DNA from: a virus
Virus record (IMG/VR): IMGVR_UViG_3300027747_004417
Length of the DNA: 64,000 bases
Strand: one strand, 5' to 3'
Of the stretch, positions 8,811-17,862 are shown in pieces (positions within the stretch are counted from its first letter, which is position 1; each line of letters begins with the position of its first letter). A program made the translations under genes and the position numbers. Under the pieces are notes generated by a model, which did no database searches, was not told where the DNA came from, and saw only the letters and a program-made list of their open reading frames with translations.

Positions 8811-9815
8811 CTACATAGCACCCAATTCACGCATGAATTCATCGTCCGCTAGGAGATCATTCTCATCACCACCAGAATCTTTTGACTCTGTGGTAGAAGA
8901 AACAATAACCTCTTCCTTTATCTTGGTAGATGCGGAAGCCGCTGGTTGCGGAGCCTGACCGACTGTTCGGAACTCTTCTAAATCATCATCATCTTTAGAG
9001 TCATCTTCTTTGATCATTCCAAGATGAACTCTTAGAGCCTGCTTAAGCTCTTCAGGTGCCTTTACAGCCCTAAGAGCCTGAAGGTCATTGGCGGATTCAA
9101 GCCATTTAGAAATTTCTTCTTTGGTTCCAAGTGGCGAGGAATCCTCAAACTTTGAATCGTCATAGTTTGGATACTCCATACCACCGCCGCCCTTTACAAT
9201 CTTCTTTACAACCTTGAAGTCTCTTCCGGTTACAGGATGAGTAATATCGCCAAGAGGCTTATCGCCTGCAACCTCATCTCCAACGATAGCCCTAGTGATT
9301 TTAGCGTGCTGGTTTTTGCCGCAGCTATAAATCTTAGGTCCTACGTTGTTTTCTACGGCACCATCTTTGTTCTTCTGCTGTCTAACGATTACATTGTAGT
9401 AATAACGCTCAACAGGCTTAATAGCTCTTGCTTGATTCTGCAATTCTTCTTGCTGCTTGCCTGAGAGACCTTCTGACTTCTGCCATAAGTCGGAGTAGTA
9501 TTTGCAAATTATGCAATCACCCATCCACTTTGGACCACGGTCGGTCTGAACAAGCTCTCTTCGGCAATGGTAAGCCCTCTTCCTCTTTGTTGAAGGGTTG
9601 GTGAGGGTGTGTACTCTTGTTACACAAAAGAATTTCTGTCCCTTCTTGATGGGGAGAAATCTTAAAACAACGTTGCCCTGTTTTTCGGGCAATTTAACAA
9701 ACTTTTCTAAGTAGTCATCACTTGAGTTTGAGTTAGATTCTGCACTAACTCTTTCATACTCCGTGAGCATTTGGGCCAAATCTAGTGCTTCGTATTCAGT
9801 GGACATTGTAGTCAC
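8811..9815 (-). CDS. gp32-like single-stranded DNA-binding protein
   Basis: VLRFLP, H-C...C-x2-C Zn ligands, RYYYNVIV, GRDFKV, YPNYDDSKF, acidic C-terminus; adjacent to uvsX. Confidence 0.85.
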   Translation of the reverse strand: MTTMSTEYEALDLAQMLTEYERVSAESNSNSSDDYLEKFVKLPEKQGNVVLRFLPIKKGQKFFCVTRVHTLTNPSTKRKRAYHCRRELVQTDRGPKWMGDCIICKYYSDLWQKSEGLSGKQQEELQNQARAIKPVERYYYNVIVRQQKNKDGAVENNVGPKIYSCGKNQHAKITRAIVGDEVAGDKPLGDITHPVTGRDFKVVKKIVKGGGGMEYPNYDDSKFEDSSPLGTKEEISKWLESANDLQALRAVKAPEELKQALRVHLGMIKEDDSKDDDDLEEFRTVGQAPQPAASASTKIKEEVIVSSTTESKDSGGDENDLLADDEFMRELGAM

Positions 9816-9859
9816 TCCTATAGTTAAAGAAACAGTTCAATCACAGTGAACTTGTAGTT

Positions 9860-9888
9860 ACTATAAGATATATCGGCCAGTAAAGCAA
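9860..9888 (-). promoter_or_regulatory. sigma70-like promoter for ssb-uvsX
   Basis: TTGCTT-17bp-TATAGT on the minus strand upstream of an AGGAG RBS. Confidence 0.6.
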
Positions 9889-9920
9889 GAACTTTAAAAA
9901 AAATTTTTTGGGGCTTGAAT

Positions 9921-10667
9921 TTAGGATCCACGACCCACAAATTTGAATAGTTTGATATTCCTCTTATTCGCGGCTGAGAGGAATCTCTTCCAATTAGCAG
10001 AAAAAGAATGGAAGATTGTTGTATTTGAAAAATCGTTTAAGTCCGAGTTTGATTTAGGATGGCGACAATGCAAACCATCAAAGAAACGGCAGTTAAAGCC
10101 TTCGGCCAAAGAAGAAAAAGCAAACTCTTCTTTATTGTACATGTTCTTATCTACAGTTAGCAGCCATTCGCAAACCTTAGGGTATTTCATTTGTTCAAAA
10201 TCAGCTATTCTGCTCTCTATGTTCTGACAAAAATAGTTTAAGAAGTCTTTCTTGCCGTAAAAAACGCCAGAATTAAAAACCCTCTTTACTTCACAGTCAG
10301 GATAGCTTCTACGACGCACCCAATCATTTTCAACTGCCACCATGTCAAAATCGCTATAGAATGAAAATATGTTCTCAACGTCCACGAAAATAAAGGTATC
10401 ACAATCTAAGACAAGATACTCAAGGCAATCTACTTTTGAAAAAAACTTTTTGTTATTTTGGAAGTAAGAATAATCAGAATCTATCTTCACAGATTCAACA
10501 TTATTCTTAGCCAAGAAATCAACAAAAAAAGTGTCTGGTTCGAACCTCACCAACAAAACAAAAACTTTAATGGTTTTGTTGTGTCTTCTTAACATAGATA
10601 TACTGTTGAGTAACATCTTCTTGTATAGAAGCTTATTATCAAAAGCATATATTACGCACTTATTCAT
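9921..10667 (-). CDS. GT8-like glycosyltransferase
   Basis: LVLDCDTFIF (DxD), VFNSGVF, late His (IFHSF). Confidence 0.7.
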   Translation of the reverse strand: MNKCVIYAFDNKLLYKKMLLNSISMLRRHNKTIKVFVLLVRFEPDTFFVDFLAKNNVESVKIDSDYSYFQNNKKFFSKVDCLEYLVLDCDTFIFVDVENIFSFYSDFDMVAVENDWVRRRSYPDCEVKRVFNSGVFYGKKDFLNYFCQNIESRIADFEQMKYPKVCEWLLTVDKNMYNKEEFAFSSLAEGFNCRFFDGLHCRHPKSNSDLNDFSNTTIFHSFSANWKRFLSAANKRNIKLFKFVGRGS

Positions 10668-10671
10668 TCTA

Positions 10672-11196
10672 TCAGGTAGTACTATTATCGCTTAAATTTT
10701 GAATATCCTGAACTACCTCTGCGTCAACAATAGATCCATCATTCTGCTCATCAAATTCCTTTTGTGCCTGTTCCATCTGCCCTGCTATGCCTTCAAGTTC
10801 AAGGGCCTTTTGATGAAGAGCATCCATCTTTTCTTTCATGGTCATGTGCCCTTCATTCTCAAGCTTCTGGTTTATCTCTTTTCTCGTCTCACTTTCCCTA
10901 TCATATTCTTCCTCAAGAGCCTCAAGAATCTTCAAATTATGTTCTAGCTTTGAGTTTAGTTCCTCGGCACGCTTTTCCTTTTCGACGGATACAACCTCAT
11001 TTAAGGCAGAGGCATCGTTTTTGACAAATGGCTTCTGCTTGCCGAAAGCATTTTCTTCTGCCTGTAGTTCATTGAGTTTTTCTTCCATAGCTTGTTTCCT
11101 TTGCTTTCTAAGTGTCTCTCTTCTTCTAAGAACTCTATCCTTTGCTATTTTCTCTCTATTCTTTTTCTTTCTTTCTTTTTGCTTTTTTGAAGTCAT
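10672..11196 (-). CDS. Coiled-coil hypothetical protein
   Basis: Very basic N-terminus, acidic helical remainder; AGGAG RBS. Confidence 0.75.
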   Translation of the reverse strand: MTSKKQKERKKKNREKIAKDRVLRRRETLRKQRKQAMEEKLNELQAEENAFGKQKPFVKNDASALNEVVSVEKEKRAEELNSKLEHNLKILEALEEEYDRESETRKEINQKLENEGHMTMKEKMDALHQKALELEGIAGQMEQAQKEFDEQNDGSIVDAEVVQDIQNLSDNSTT

Positions 11197-11949
11197 TTAT
11201 CTTCTCCTAATATCTGGCATTGAAGGGTCGATTGAGGCATTGCCCCATAAAAGATTTGGCTCGTCTCTCTGCTCCGACTCAGAGAAGCCAAGCTCTTTGT
11301 CGCCAAATAAGTTAACAGAACCAGGAATAAAATACAAATCTGGCACGGTTTGCTCATTTCCTTTGTCGTCCTTTAAAACATACAACTCCCCAATACCAGT
11401 CGGGGAAAGCTTTTTTTCAAGAACTTCATACTTTTTGTCCACAGTAAAACTTAGATTTTTTCTTTTTAATTCAGGTATCTGCTGTGGTTCGGGAGCGAAG
11501 ACAACTAAGTCTACAGGTCTCCTAGGTCTAGAAGCACTTAAAGACTCGTGGGGATGTAATTGTTGTAGGTTTTCATTCCGTGCAGAACATTTAGGATGTG
11601 AAACAGCTGTTGGTTGTGGAGGAGGTAATCCTTCCTCCTCTTCCTCCATTTCGAGTTCAATACAAGTCACAGAAGCATCAGTCGAATCAAATAAAAACTT
11701 TTTGTTTTTAATGACTATTCCACCTTTTGTTTCTTTGAAAGAGACTTTTTTCCTAGAAAGTTCGTAGACTTCGACATCAGAAATAAATATATCCCTTCTC
11801 GCAAGCTGTGCCGTTATTGATGCGGCAAGCTTTTCTAAAGGAACGTCTTCAAAAGGATCACCAACCTTCTTTTTAAAGGTTTTTGACTCTCCCTTATTGT
11901 AATCGCCATCTAATTTTTCATTAAAGTGGTAGCAAACTTCAAATCCCAT
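11197..11949 (-). CDS. Hypothetical protein
   Basis: 250-aa ORF abutting the next gene; TATAAT upstream. Confidence 0.75.
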   Translation of the reverse strand: MGFEVCYHFNEKLDGDYNKGESKTFKKKVGDPFEDVPLEKLAASITAQLARRDIFISDVEVYELSRKKVSFKETKGGIVIKNKKFLFDSTDASVTCIELEMEEEEEGLPPPQPTAVSHPKCSARNENLQQLHPHESLSASRPRRPVDLVVFAPEPQQIPELKRKNLSFTVDKKYEVLEKKLSPTGIGELYVLKDDKGNEQTVPDLYFIPGSVNLFGDKELGFSESEQRDEPNLLWGNASIDPSMPDIRRR

Positions 11950-11986
11950 ATTTTACCATATAAAAAAGGCTTTACTCTATTATAGT

Positions 11987-12625
11987 ATGGAAGAAACATC
12001 CCTTGAAACGCTAAAAGAAGAAATTGACCCCCAGCTAAAAAAACAGGCTATTAGCGGGAGATATTTACTTGATAGATTCTGTATGATTGACGAAACATCG
12101 AGAAAGTCGCCTGCTTACGTGGACCCAACTTACGCACCATTCTATTATCATTTAGGCAAGATTATAAAACCACAAAATATGATAGAAATAGGTTTTAACT
12201 TAGGGCTACTGTCGTCCAGCTTTATGCTTTCCTGCCGTACGGTTGAACTATTTTTTGGGTTTAAAGAAGGAAAAAAAGAGGATTTTCATTCAGAAAGAAT
12301 TGGGAAATTAAATCTTAAGAAGGTGTTTAAGAAAAAGAGAATATTTTATAACGGAAATATGTTTGATAAAGAATTTGAAAACATCATGAAGAGCAACGCA
12401 TGGGACATGGTGATGATAAATGAAGAAAAGGACTATGACAAACAACTTCAGTACATGGAGACTGCTTGGGAAAAACTAAATAAGAATGGGATTCTTGTGA
12501 TAGAATATATAGATTCACATAGACCTTCAAGGGAAGCTTTTAAAAGCTTCTCAGACAACAAAGAAGTTGAAAGATTAGAATTTAAAACAAGATATGGAAC
12601 AGGTATTGTTTTAAAAGCAAACTAA
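11987..12625 (+). CDS. Class I SAM-dependent methyltransferase-like protein
   Basis: MIEIGFNLGLLSS motif I; LNKNGILVIE. Confidence 0.6.
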   Translation: MEETSLETLKEEIDPQLKKQAISGRYLLDRFCMIDETSRKSPAYVDPTYAPFYYHLGKIIKPQNMIEIGFNLGLLSSSFMLSCRTVELFFGFKEGKKEDFHSERIGKLNLKKVFKKKRIFYNGNMFDKEFENIMKSNAWDMVMINEEKDYDKQLQYMETAWEKLNKNGILVIEYIDSHRPSREAFKSFSDNKEVERLEFKTRYGTGIVLKAN

Positions 12626-13065
12626 CCGTAAAGCGTTAAGCCAACAGAAGCTTCTTTAAAAAGGCTAGTAGACAAGTTAAAATCTTCAACCCATCTAGGG
12701 TTTTGGCTGTTTAAAGAAACAACTCTAGTAATTCCAGATTGTATGATAAGGGAGGCACAAGAAGAACAAGGCATAAAAGGCCAAGTGTAAATAGTGCAAC
12801 CTTCAACTTTAGAGTTGGAAAACATCAGAGCATTACGCTCGGCATGAACCACCAACTTATACTTTAGCTCACGATTAAAAAGTCTCTCTTCTGTGTCTTC
12901 TATCCCAGCAGGAAAACCGTTATACCCTAAGGACACGATTCTTCTTCTTGGATCAACTATAACAGAACCAACCTTTGTAGAAGGATCCTTAGAAGCAGAA
13001 GAAACGTATTCCGCAAGACCAAGAAACCAGTTATCCCACCAAGAATCAGGTCTAGACTCACTCAC
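12622..13065 (-). CDS. dCMP deaminase
   Basis: SKDPSTKVG, GYNG, HAERNA, PCSSC; likely GTG start at 13065 with GGAGG RBS (track start 13083). Confidence 0.92.
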   Translation of the reverse strand: MSESRPDSWWDNWFLGLAEYVSSASKDPSTKVGSVIVDPRRRIVSLGYNGFPAGIEDTEERLFNRELKYKLVVHAERNALMFSNSKVEGCTIYTWPFMPCSSCASLIIQSGITRVVSLNSQNPRWVEDFNLSTSLFKEASVGLTLYG

Positions 13066-13673
13066 TTTACCGCCTCCATGCATTTCTGGGTAATGTTATT
13101 TTTAGAAGGAAAACTTTCATAAACCATAATATAACCATCGTGATCTTGACCAAAAGCGTTCCTGAACACACTTGTGCCTTTGAATTCTAACTTCTTAAAA
13201 AAAAGATGGCAACCCAAGTCTTTTTCGCTGCATACCGTGTATAAGACAAAAGGTCGCGGACAAAGATCTTTTAAAGAAAGTTCTATAACACCCGAAAACC
13301 TACTTACGACCGAGTTGATTATATATGAGCCAACGCCTTGTCGCCTATAAGGCTCATCAACGCAAAAAGCAACTATCTCCCCAGACATTGGAAGACTTTT
13401 TTTATAATCCAACATATAGTCGGAATGAATCCTCTTATTAAACTCTAAAAGACTTACCTTATAAACAATATATCCAACTACTTTTTTGTTTAGTTCACAA
13501 ACATAAGATATAAAAGAATTAAAACCTTCAAACCCAAAACTTGGATCTTTTCTAGAAGATACGACTGAGGACATGAAATCTTTGTCAAACTTGGAGGAGT
13601 TAAAAGAAGACTTCTGTATCCGCAGCACAGATCGGATATCTTTTTTTGCCATCCAACGCATGTTGAGATTCAT
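13062..13673 (-). CDS. GNAT (RimI-like) acetyltransferase
   Basis: FCVDEPYRRQGVGS acetyl-CoA motif A; FFKKLEF. Confidence 0.85.
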   Translation of the reverse strand: MNLNMRWMAKKDIRSVLRIQKSSFNSSKFDKDFMSSVVSSRKDPSFGFEGFNSFISYVCELNKKVVGYIVYKVSLLEFNKRIHSDYMLDYKKSLPMSGEIVAFCVDEPYRRQGVGSYIINSVVSRFSGVIELSLKDLCPRPFVLYTVCSEKDLGCHLFFKKLEFKGTSVFRNAFGQDHDGYIMVYESFPSKNNITQKCMEAVK

Positions 13674-13687
13674 ATGTCACCTATTTT

Positions 13688-14326
13688 TTATAGCACCGAT
13701 GTCGTATTAACACCTATCGATGCGAGCAAGTCCGCCATGTCCTCTTTGCTATTCATAGCCTTAGAGTTCTTTGAATAGTAGTTCCAAACAATTAAATCAA
13801 ATTGAGCCACAGTTTTTCCCGAAGCTCTAACTAAATCGAGAAACTCTTTTTCAAGATAAACGTATTTCTTTTTTGAAGGAGTGGATTTGGGAGCATCATA
13901 GCCAACCATCCTTAAAAACTTCAAGAGGTGTGTATCCAAACCAGCATATCTTTGGTTCTTTCTGCTATGTATAAGGAAACATCTAGCAGTTTTAGGGCCT
14001 ATCCCGGGAATTGATTCTAAATCTTCTAAAGAGCAAGCTCTAAGATTTATTCCACTACTTACAAGATGCCTCCAAGACTTGGCCTTATTATTAAAACAAC
14101 CTATTCCGCACTTCCTCATTGCCAACGCAAGAGATGTTTTAGAATCTACTCTACGAACAGTTTCAAATGGAGACTCACCACCCTCAACCCAAGAAGACAA
14201 AAATAGATCAAGACACTTTGCTGCTGTTGCACCGTTTTTACCAGCAGCAAGTATCCACCAAAGAATAACCTCTTCAAGGCCATTCTTATCCAAAGTATAA
14301 TTTGTGATGTTGCTAGGATCTATCAT
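13688..14326 (-). CDS. HhH DNA glycosylase (Ogg/endonuclease III-like)
   Basis: LESIPGIGPKTARCFL helix-hairpin-helix with Lys, followed by LDTHLLKFL and YxxLE. Confidence 0.8.
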   Translation of the reverse strand: MIDPSNITNYTLDKNGLEEVILWWILAAGKNGATAAKCLDLFLSSWVEGGESPFETVRRVDSKTSLALAMRKCGIGCFNNKAKSWRHLVSSGINLRACSLEDLESIPGIGPKTARCFLIHSRKNQRYAGLDTHLLKFLRMVGYDAPKSTPSKKKYVYLEKEFLDLVRASGKTVAQFDLIVWNYYSKNSKAMNSKEDMADLLASIGVNTTSVL

Positions 14327-14805
14327 TCTATTGTGCCTAAAACATTCTCTATGGATTGGTCTACATAAACATCTCTGCTGAGAACATCCATCTCTTTTCT
14401 TAAAGTATGACCTCTATTCTGGACGTTATCGTGGTTCTTGTCCCAAGCTCTAAGATGAGCCTTTAAGTGCCCGACAGCTTCTTTTCTTTCAACAATCTTT
14501 TTCTTTGCAGCAACAAAGTCGTCATGAGAACTTGCATAAGCTTTTGAACAAGAATCAGTCTTGCCTAGATCCTTAGCTTCTAAAAACTTTTTGCTAAACA
14601 CCGTCTCAGCGTCTATTTCGGACAAAAGAAGTTCTTTTTGAGCAAACTCCAATTGCTTACCCAAGTAATCAATCCAACCATACTCCCTGTTCATGTATTC
14701 ACCAAGATTAGCCTCGGTATACTTCATGTTGTCAGGGTCTAAAATAACCTCTGTGCCTGCTACTTCTATTTTGACTTTTAATACCGGTGCGTCTTTGGCA
14801 TTCAT
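14323..14805 (-). CDS. uvsY: UvsY-like recombination mediator
   Basis: Helical 160-aa protein; LKAHLRAWDKNHDNVQNRGHTLRKEM resembles the UvsY C-terminus; T4-like context. Confidence 0.6.
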   Translation of the reverse strand: MNAKDAPVLKVKIEVAGTEVILDPDNMKYTEANLGEYMNREYGWIDYLGKQLEFAQKELLLSEIDAETVFSKKFLEAKDLGKTDSCSKAYASSHDDFVAAKKKIVERKEAVGHLKAHLRAWDKNHDNVQNRGHTLRKEMDVLSRDVYVDQSIENVLGTIE

Positions 14806-14828
14806 ATTACTTCCTCCAAATTTAACGT

Positions 14829-14856
14829 ATTATACTTAAAAAAAGTCTTTGATCAA
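14829..14856 (-). promoter_or_regulatory. sigma70-like promoter
   Basis: TTGATC-16bp-TATAAT upstream of the GGAGG RBS of uvsY. Confidence 0.6.
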
Positions 14857-14869
14857 GCCTAAATAAAAT

Positions 14870-15058
14870 ATGAAGACTTTTTCCCAATGGCTGACAGAGA
14901 GAATAACAGGAATATATCCTTTAGGATATGGTGGTTTAGGACTATATCCTAAACAAGCACTACAGCCAGGCAACCCTTATGTAGACGCATCACTAAAAAT
15001 AGCAAAGAAAAAGAATAAAAAGAAAGGCAAGAAGAAGAAAAAGAAGAAAAGAAGTTAG
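14870..15058 (+). CDS. Small basic protein with CTS-like N-terminus and poly-Lys tail
   Basis: MKTFSQWLTE...KKKNKKKGKKKKKKKRS. Confidence 0.75.
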   Translation: MKTFSQWLTERITGIYPLGYGGLGLYPKQALQPGNPYVDASLKIAKKKNKKKGKKKKKKKRS

Positions 15059-15090
15059 AACAATAAAATCAACAACAACAAGGAGGTTAA

Positions 15091-15645
15091 TTGAGTATTC
15101 ACAAAAATGGATTTTGGTTGGATATGAGTTCAGATGGCCATTACTTCGACAAAAGCCTTAATATAGAAATAGTCAGACTCTTAAAAGAAGAAAAAATAAA
15201 TTCTGTGGTGGACCTAGGCTGTGGTACAGGAGACTACGCTAAAGAGTTTAAAAAAGAAGAATTTTCGTGCGATTGCTACGATGGAAACCCTAACACAGAA
15301 AAGCTTACGAACGGGCTCTGCTCAGAAATTAATCTTGCAGAAGACGTTGATTTAAACAAAAAATATGACTGTGTCGTGTCCTTGGAAGTCGGAGAGCACA
15401 TACCAAAAGAATTTGAATCAACCTTTATAAACAATCTAATAAAGCATTCAAATAGATTAATAGTTCTCTCGTGGGCGGTTGTTGGTCAAGGAGGAAGAGG
15501 GCATGTAAATGAAAGAAACAACGATTACATAGAAAAAGTATTTGTAGAAAAAGGATGGAAGAGAAGCAAAGAAAAAGAAAATTGTCTAAGAATGAAAAGC
15601 AGTTTAATATATTTTAGAAACACCATTATGGTGTATGAACTTTAA
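15091..15645 (+). CDS. Class I SAM-dependent methyltransferase
   Basis: VVDLGCGTG, YDCVVSLEVGEHI; TTG start with AGGAGG RBS. Confidence 0.85.
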   Translation: MSIHKNGFWLDMSSDGHYFDKSLNIEIVRLLKEEKINSVVDLGCGTGDYAKEFKKEEFSCDCYDGNPNTEKLTNGLCSEINLAEDVDLNKKYDCVVSLEVGEHIPKEFESTFINNLIKHSNRLIVLSWAVVGQGGRGHVNERNNDYIEKVFVEKGWKRSKEKENCLRMKSSLIYFRNTIMVYEL

Positions 15646-15651
15646 AAATTA

Positions 15652-15690
15652 GGCACTTTGTGATCAAATTAGCTTCGGTCACAAAGTGCC
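15652..15690. terminator. Hairpin between convergent genes
   Basis: 12-bp perfect stem ggcactttgtga/tcacaaagtgcc; T-rich tail on the minus strand. Confidence 0.7.
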
Positions 15691-15691
15691 A

Positions 15692-17284
15692 CTAGGCTTC
15701 AAATTCGCCAACATCGGAAGCTCTTATGTTCCCACTTGAATCTGAGTCCTCTACTGGCTGAATGTAATCCTCTATATTTGCCGCTGGTGCCGTTGTTTCT
15801 TTGGGTTTAAATCCTTTTTTCTTATTAGAAGATCCATCTATCATCACATCACTAGACTTCTTTTGCTGTATGCAATTCATTCTAGATCTATAAGTATCAT
15901 CAGATATTTGGAACATATCCAAAGTACCCAAAGAATAGTCAAATCCTATTTTGAAAGGAAATCTAGACCTACCGTTTCTGTGCTTTATAACGAAGCCTCT
16001 TCCAACCTCACCATCTTTTTCTATAGTTTGTTGATTGATCGACCAAAACGCATCTAAAGGTTTGAATTGGTCGAATGAGGTGCCGATATTCGATTCATCA
16101 ATATAATGACCTATTTCAAGTTTAGAAGCACTTTGGTTAGGCTGTACGCATGTAAAGGTACAGTGCTGCTTTTCAACCCCGAAGCCTCTTAGATCTCTAA
16201 GAATTCTATAGGCAGATTCATACTTTTTGACCGTTGGATCATCTTTCATCTCTCCAACGTAGTCAACAATAAGCAAGTTTGGTCGCCAGCCTCTAAGTTC
16301 TAGCTGGGCCATAAAAGCACGAATACCATTAACATCCATCGTGCCGCCGGGAAACTGTTTGATGTGCAGTAAGTTTGTTTCTTCTTTTCCAGACTTAAAA
16401 GCTTCTATAGTTTGTTCAATTTTCTCTCTAGATTCTCTTAAAGAATTAATATCAACCTTTGCAAACTGTGAAGTAAATCTTTGAGCTATTCCAAGCTCGT
16501 CCATTTCCATCGTAAGATAAAGAACTTTATGACCCAGCAAAACGTTTTGGACTGCTGCTTTTACAAGAGCCAAGGATTTTCCAGTACCGGGAAGACCGAT
16601 CCATGAGGCAATCTGTCCTGCAAACAAACCGCCGCCTGTGAGTGCTGAGTCTATGCTTTCAAAACCACTTGTAAATCTATCTTTGCCTACAAAGACGTTC
16701 TCCATTCTCTTAAACATTTCATCTATCTGACTAAAATATTCAAGACCAGGTTCATACGACCTGTCTATCATCATGGACTCTCTCATCTTTTCATAGATAA
16801 AGTTCCATGTCTTTTCGTCCTCTGGGGACTCTTGCATCTTCTCTAAAGAGGCATGGAAAGCAATCTTAACAGACTGTACTTTTGCAAAGTATGTAATCTT
16901 ATCAATTAAGTATTCACGAGCCTCTAACCCTGGAACATAGTAATCGTAGACACAGTTCAACTCTGTGATGAAGTGAAGTTGAACGCTCTTTTCTGATTCT
17001 TTTAGATGGGTTTTAATCTCATGTTCTATAATCCACTTCTCAGGAACATGTTTCTCTTTTTGAAAGAAATTAAGAAGAATCTTACAAATTAAAACATGAG
17101 CATCATTAGAAAAATACTCCGGCTTAACCTTATCAACAGCCTGAACCAACATGTATTGGTCAGTGAGCAGAAGACCCAACAGTTTCCTTTGAAATGTATC
17201 ATCCCAAGAAAACTTTGGAGCAACAGCCTCATCGCTAGAAAAAGACTCTAGCTGAGCCTGTTCCTCAGGGGTTAAGTCTCGCAA
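15692..17284 (-). CDS. dnaB: DnaB/gp41-like replicative helicase
   Basis: GLPGTGKS, YLTMEM, LLIVDYVGEM, TCVQPN, IKHRNG. Confidence 0.9.
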   Translation of the reverse strand: MRDLTPEEQAQLESFSSDEAVAPKFSWDDTFQRKLLGLLLTDQYMLVQAVDKVKPEYFSNDAHVLICKILLNFFQKEKHVPEKWIIEHEIKTHLKESEKSVQLHFITELNCVYDYYVPGLEAREYLIDKITYFAKVQSVKIAFHASLEKMQESPEDEKTWNFIYEKMRESMMIDRSYEPGLEYFSQIDEMFKRMENVFVGKDRFTSGFESIDSALTGGGLFAGQIASWIGLPGTGKSLALVKAAVQNVLLGHKVLYLTMEMDELGIAQRFTSQFAKVDINSLRESREKIEQTIEAFKSGKEETNLLHIKQFPGGTMDVNGIRAFMAQLELRGWRPNLLIVDYVGEMKDDPTVKKYESAYRILRDLRGFGVEKQHCTFTCVQPNQSASKLEIGHYIDESNIGTSFDQFKPLDAFWSINQQTIEKDGEVGRGFVIKHRNGRSRFPFKIGFDYSLGTLDMFQISDDTYRSRMNCIQQKKSSDVMIDGSSNKKKGFKPKETTAPAANIEDYIQPVEDSDSSGNIRASDVGEFEA

Positions 17285-17301
17285 GTTAAAACCTCTAAAT
17301 T

Positions 17302-17862
17302 CTAGTTGTTGTTCGCTAGGTAATCATACTCAGAAATCGAGACCATGCCAGACCTAATCCCTTTTTCTCTTGTGATCTTTTTACCCATACTTTTCTGGCC
17401 GTTCCAAACTATTGCTTTGCAGTATGTTGTAAACTTAGAGTCTATTTTCAAATTCTGTTTTTTATCGGGTCTCTCTACTAGAGGTACACATTCTCGAACA
17501 ACTTTGTCCAAGATTATTTCTTGGTACTTACCAAACTTTTGTCTGTTGGCACCGTGTCTGGTTCTGTTCTTCCATAAATTTTCTAGCTCTTTAAGAATGC
17601 GAGACATAAAATAATCATAGCAATGTTTCTTAGCAGCACTTAAACATCTTTCTATGTAAACTTGCCTTTTGTAGTAGCTTCCAGCCCTAAGCATACTCAT
17701 CTGCAGTTCTTGTTTAATATCCTCTGGGTCGTCCGTGTAGTTGTTTTTAGAGTTTTTCTTTTTAAGCTCATGGGCAGCGTGCCAACAAAGCTTACCGAAT
17801 TTTTTGTCTAGTTCATAAAACTCTTGATCATTAATTTTAAAGTTGTTGCAAATCTCCAGCAT
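17302..17862 (-). CDS. Putative sigma-factor-like protein (region 2 only)
   Basis: DIKQELQMSMLRA and KFTTYCKAIVWNG resemble sigma regions 2.2 and 2.3/2.4; no region 4. Confidence 0.4.
   Translation of the reverse strand: MLEICNNFKINDQEFYELDKKFGKLCWHAAHELKKKNSKNNYTDDPEDIKQELQMSMLRAGSYYKRQVYIERCLSAAKKHCYDYFMSRILKELENLWKNRTRHGANRQKFGKYQEIILDKVVRECVPLVERPDKKQNLKIDSKFTTYCKAIVWNGQKSMGKKITREKGIRSGMVSISEYDYLANNN

Noticed and set aside
10838-11767. 309-aa + strand ORF rich in Ser/Phe/Leu
   Set aside because: Antisense shadow of two Lys/Glu-rich minus-strand genes that have RBSs
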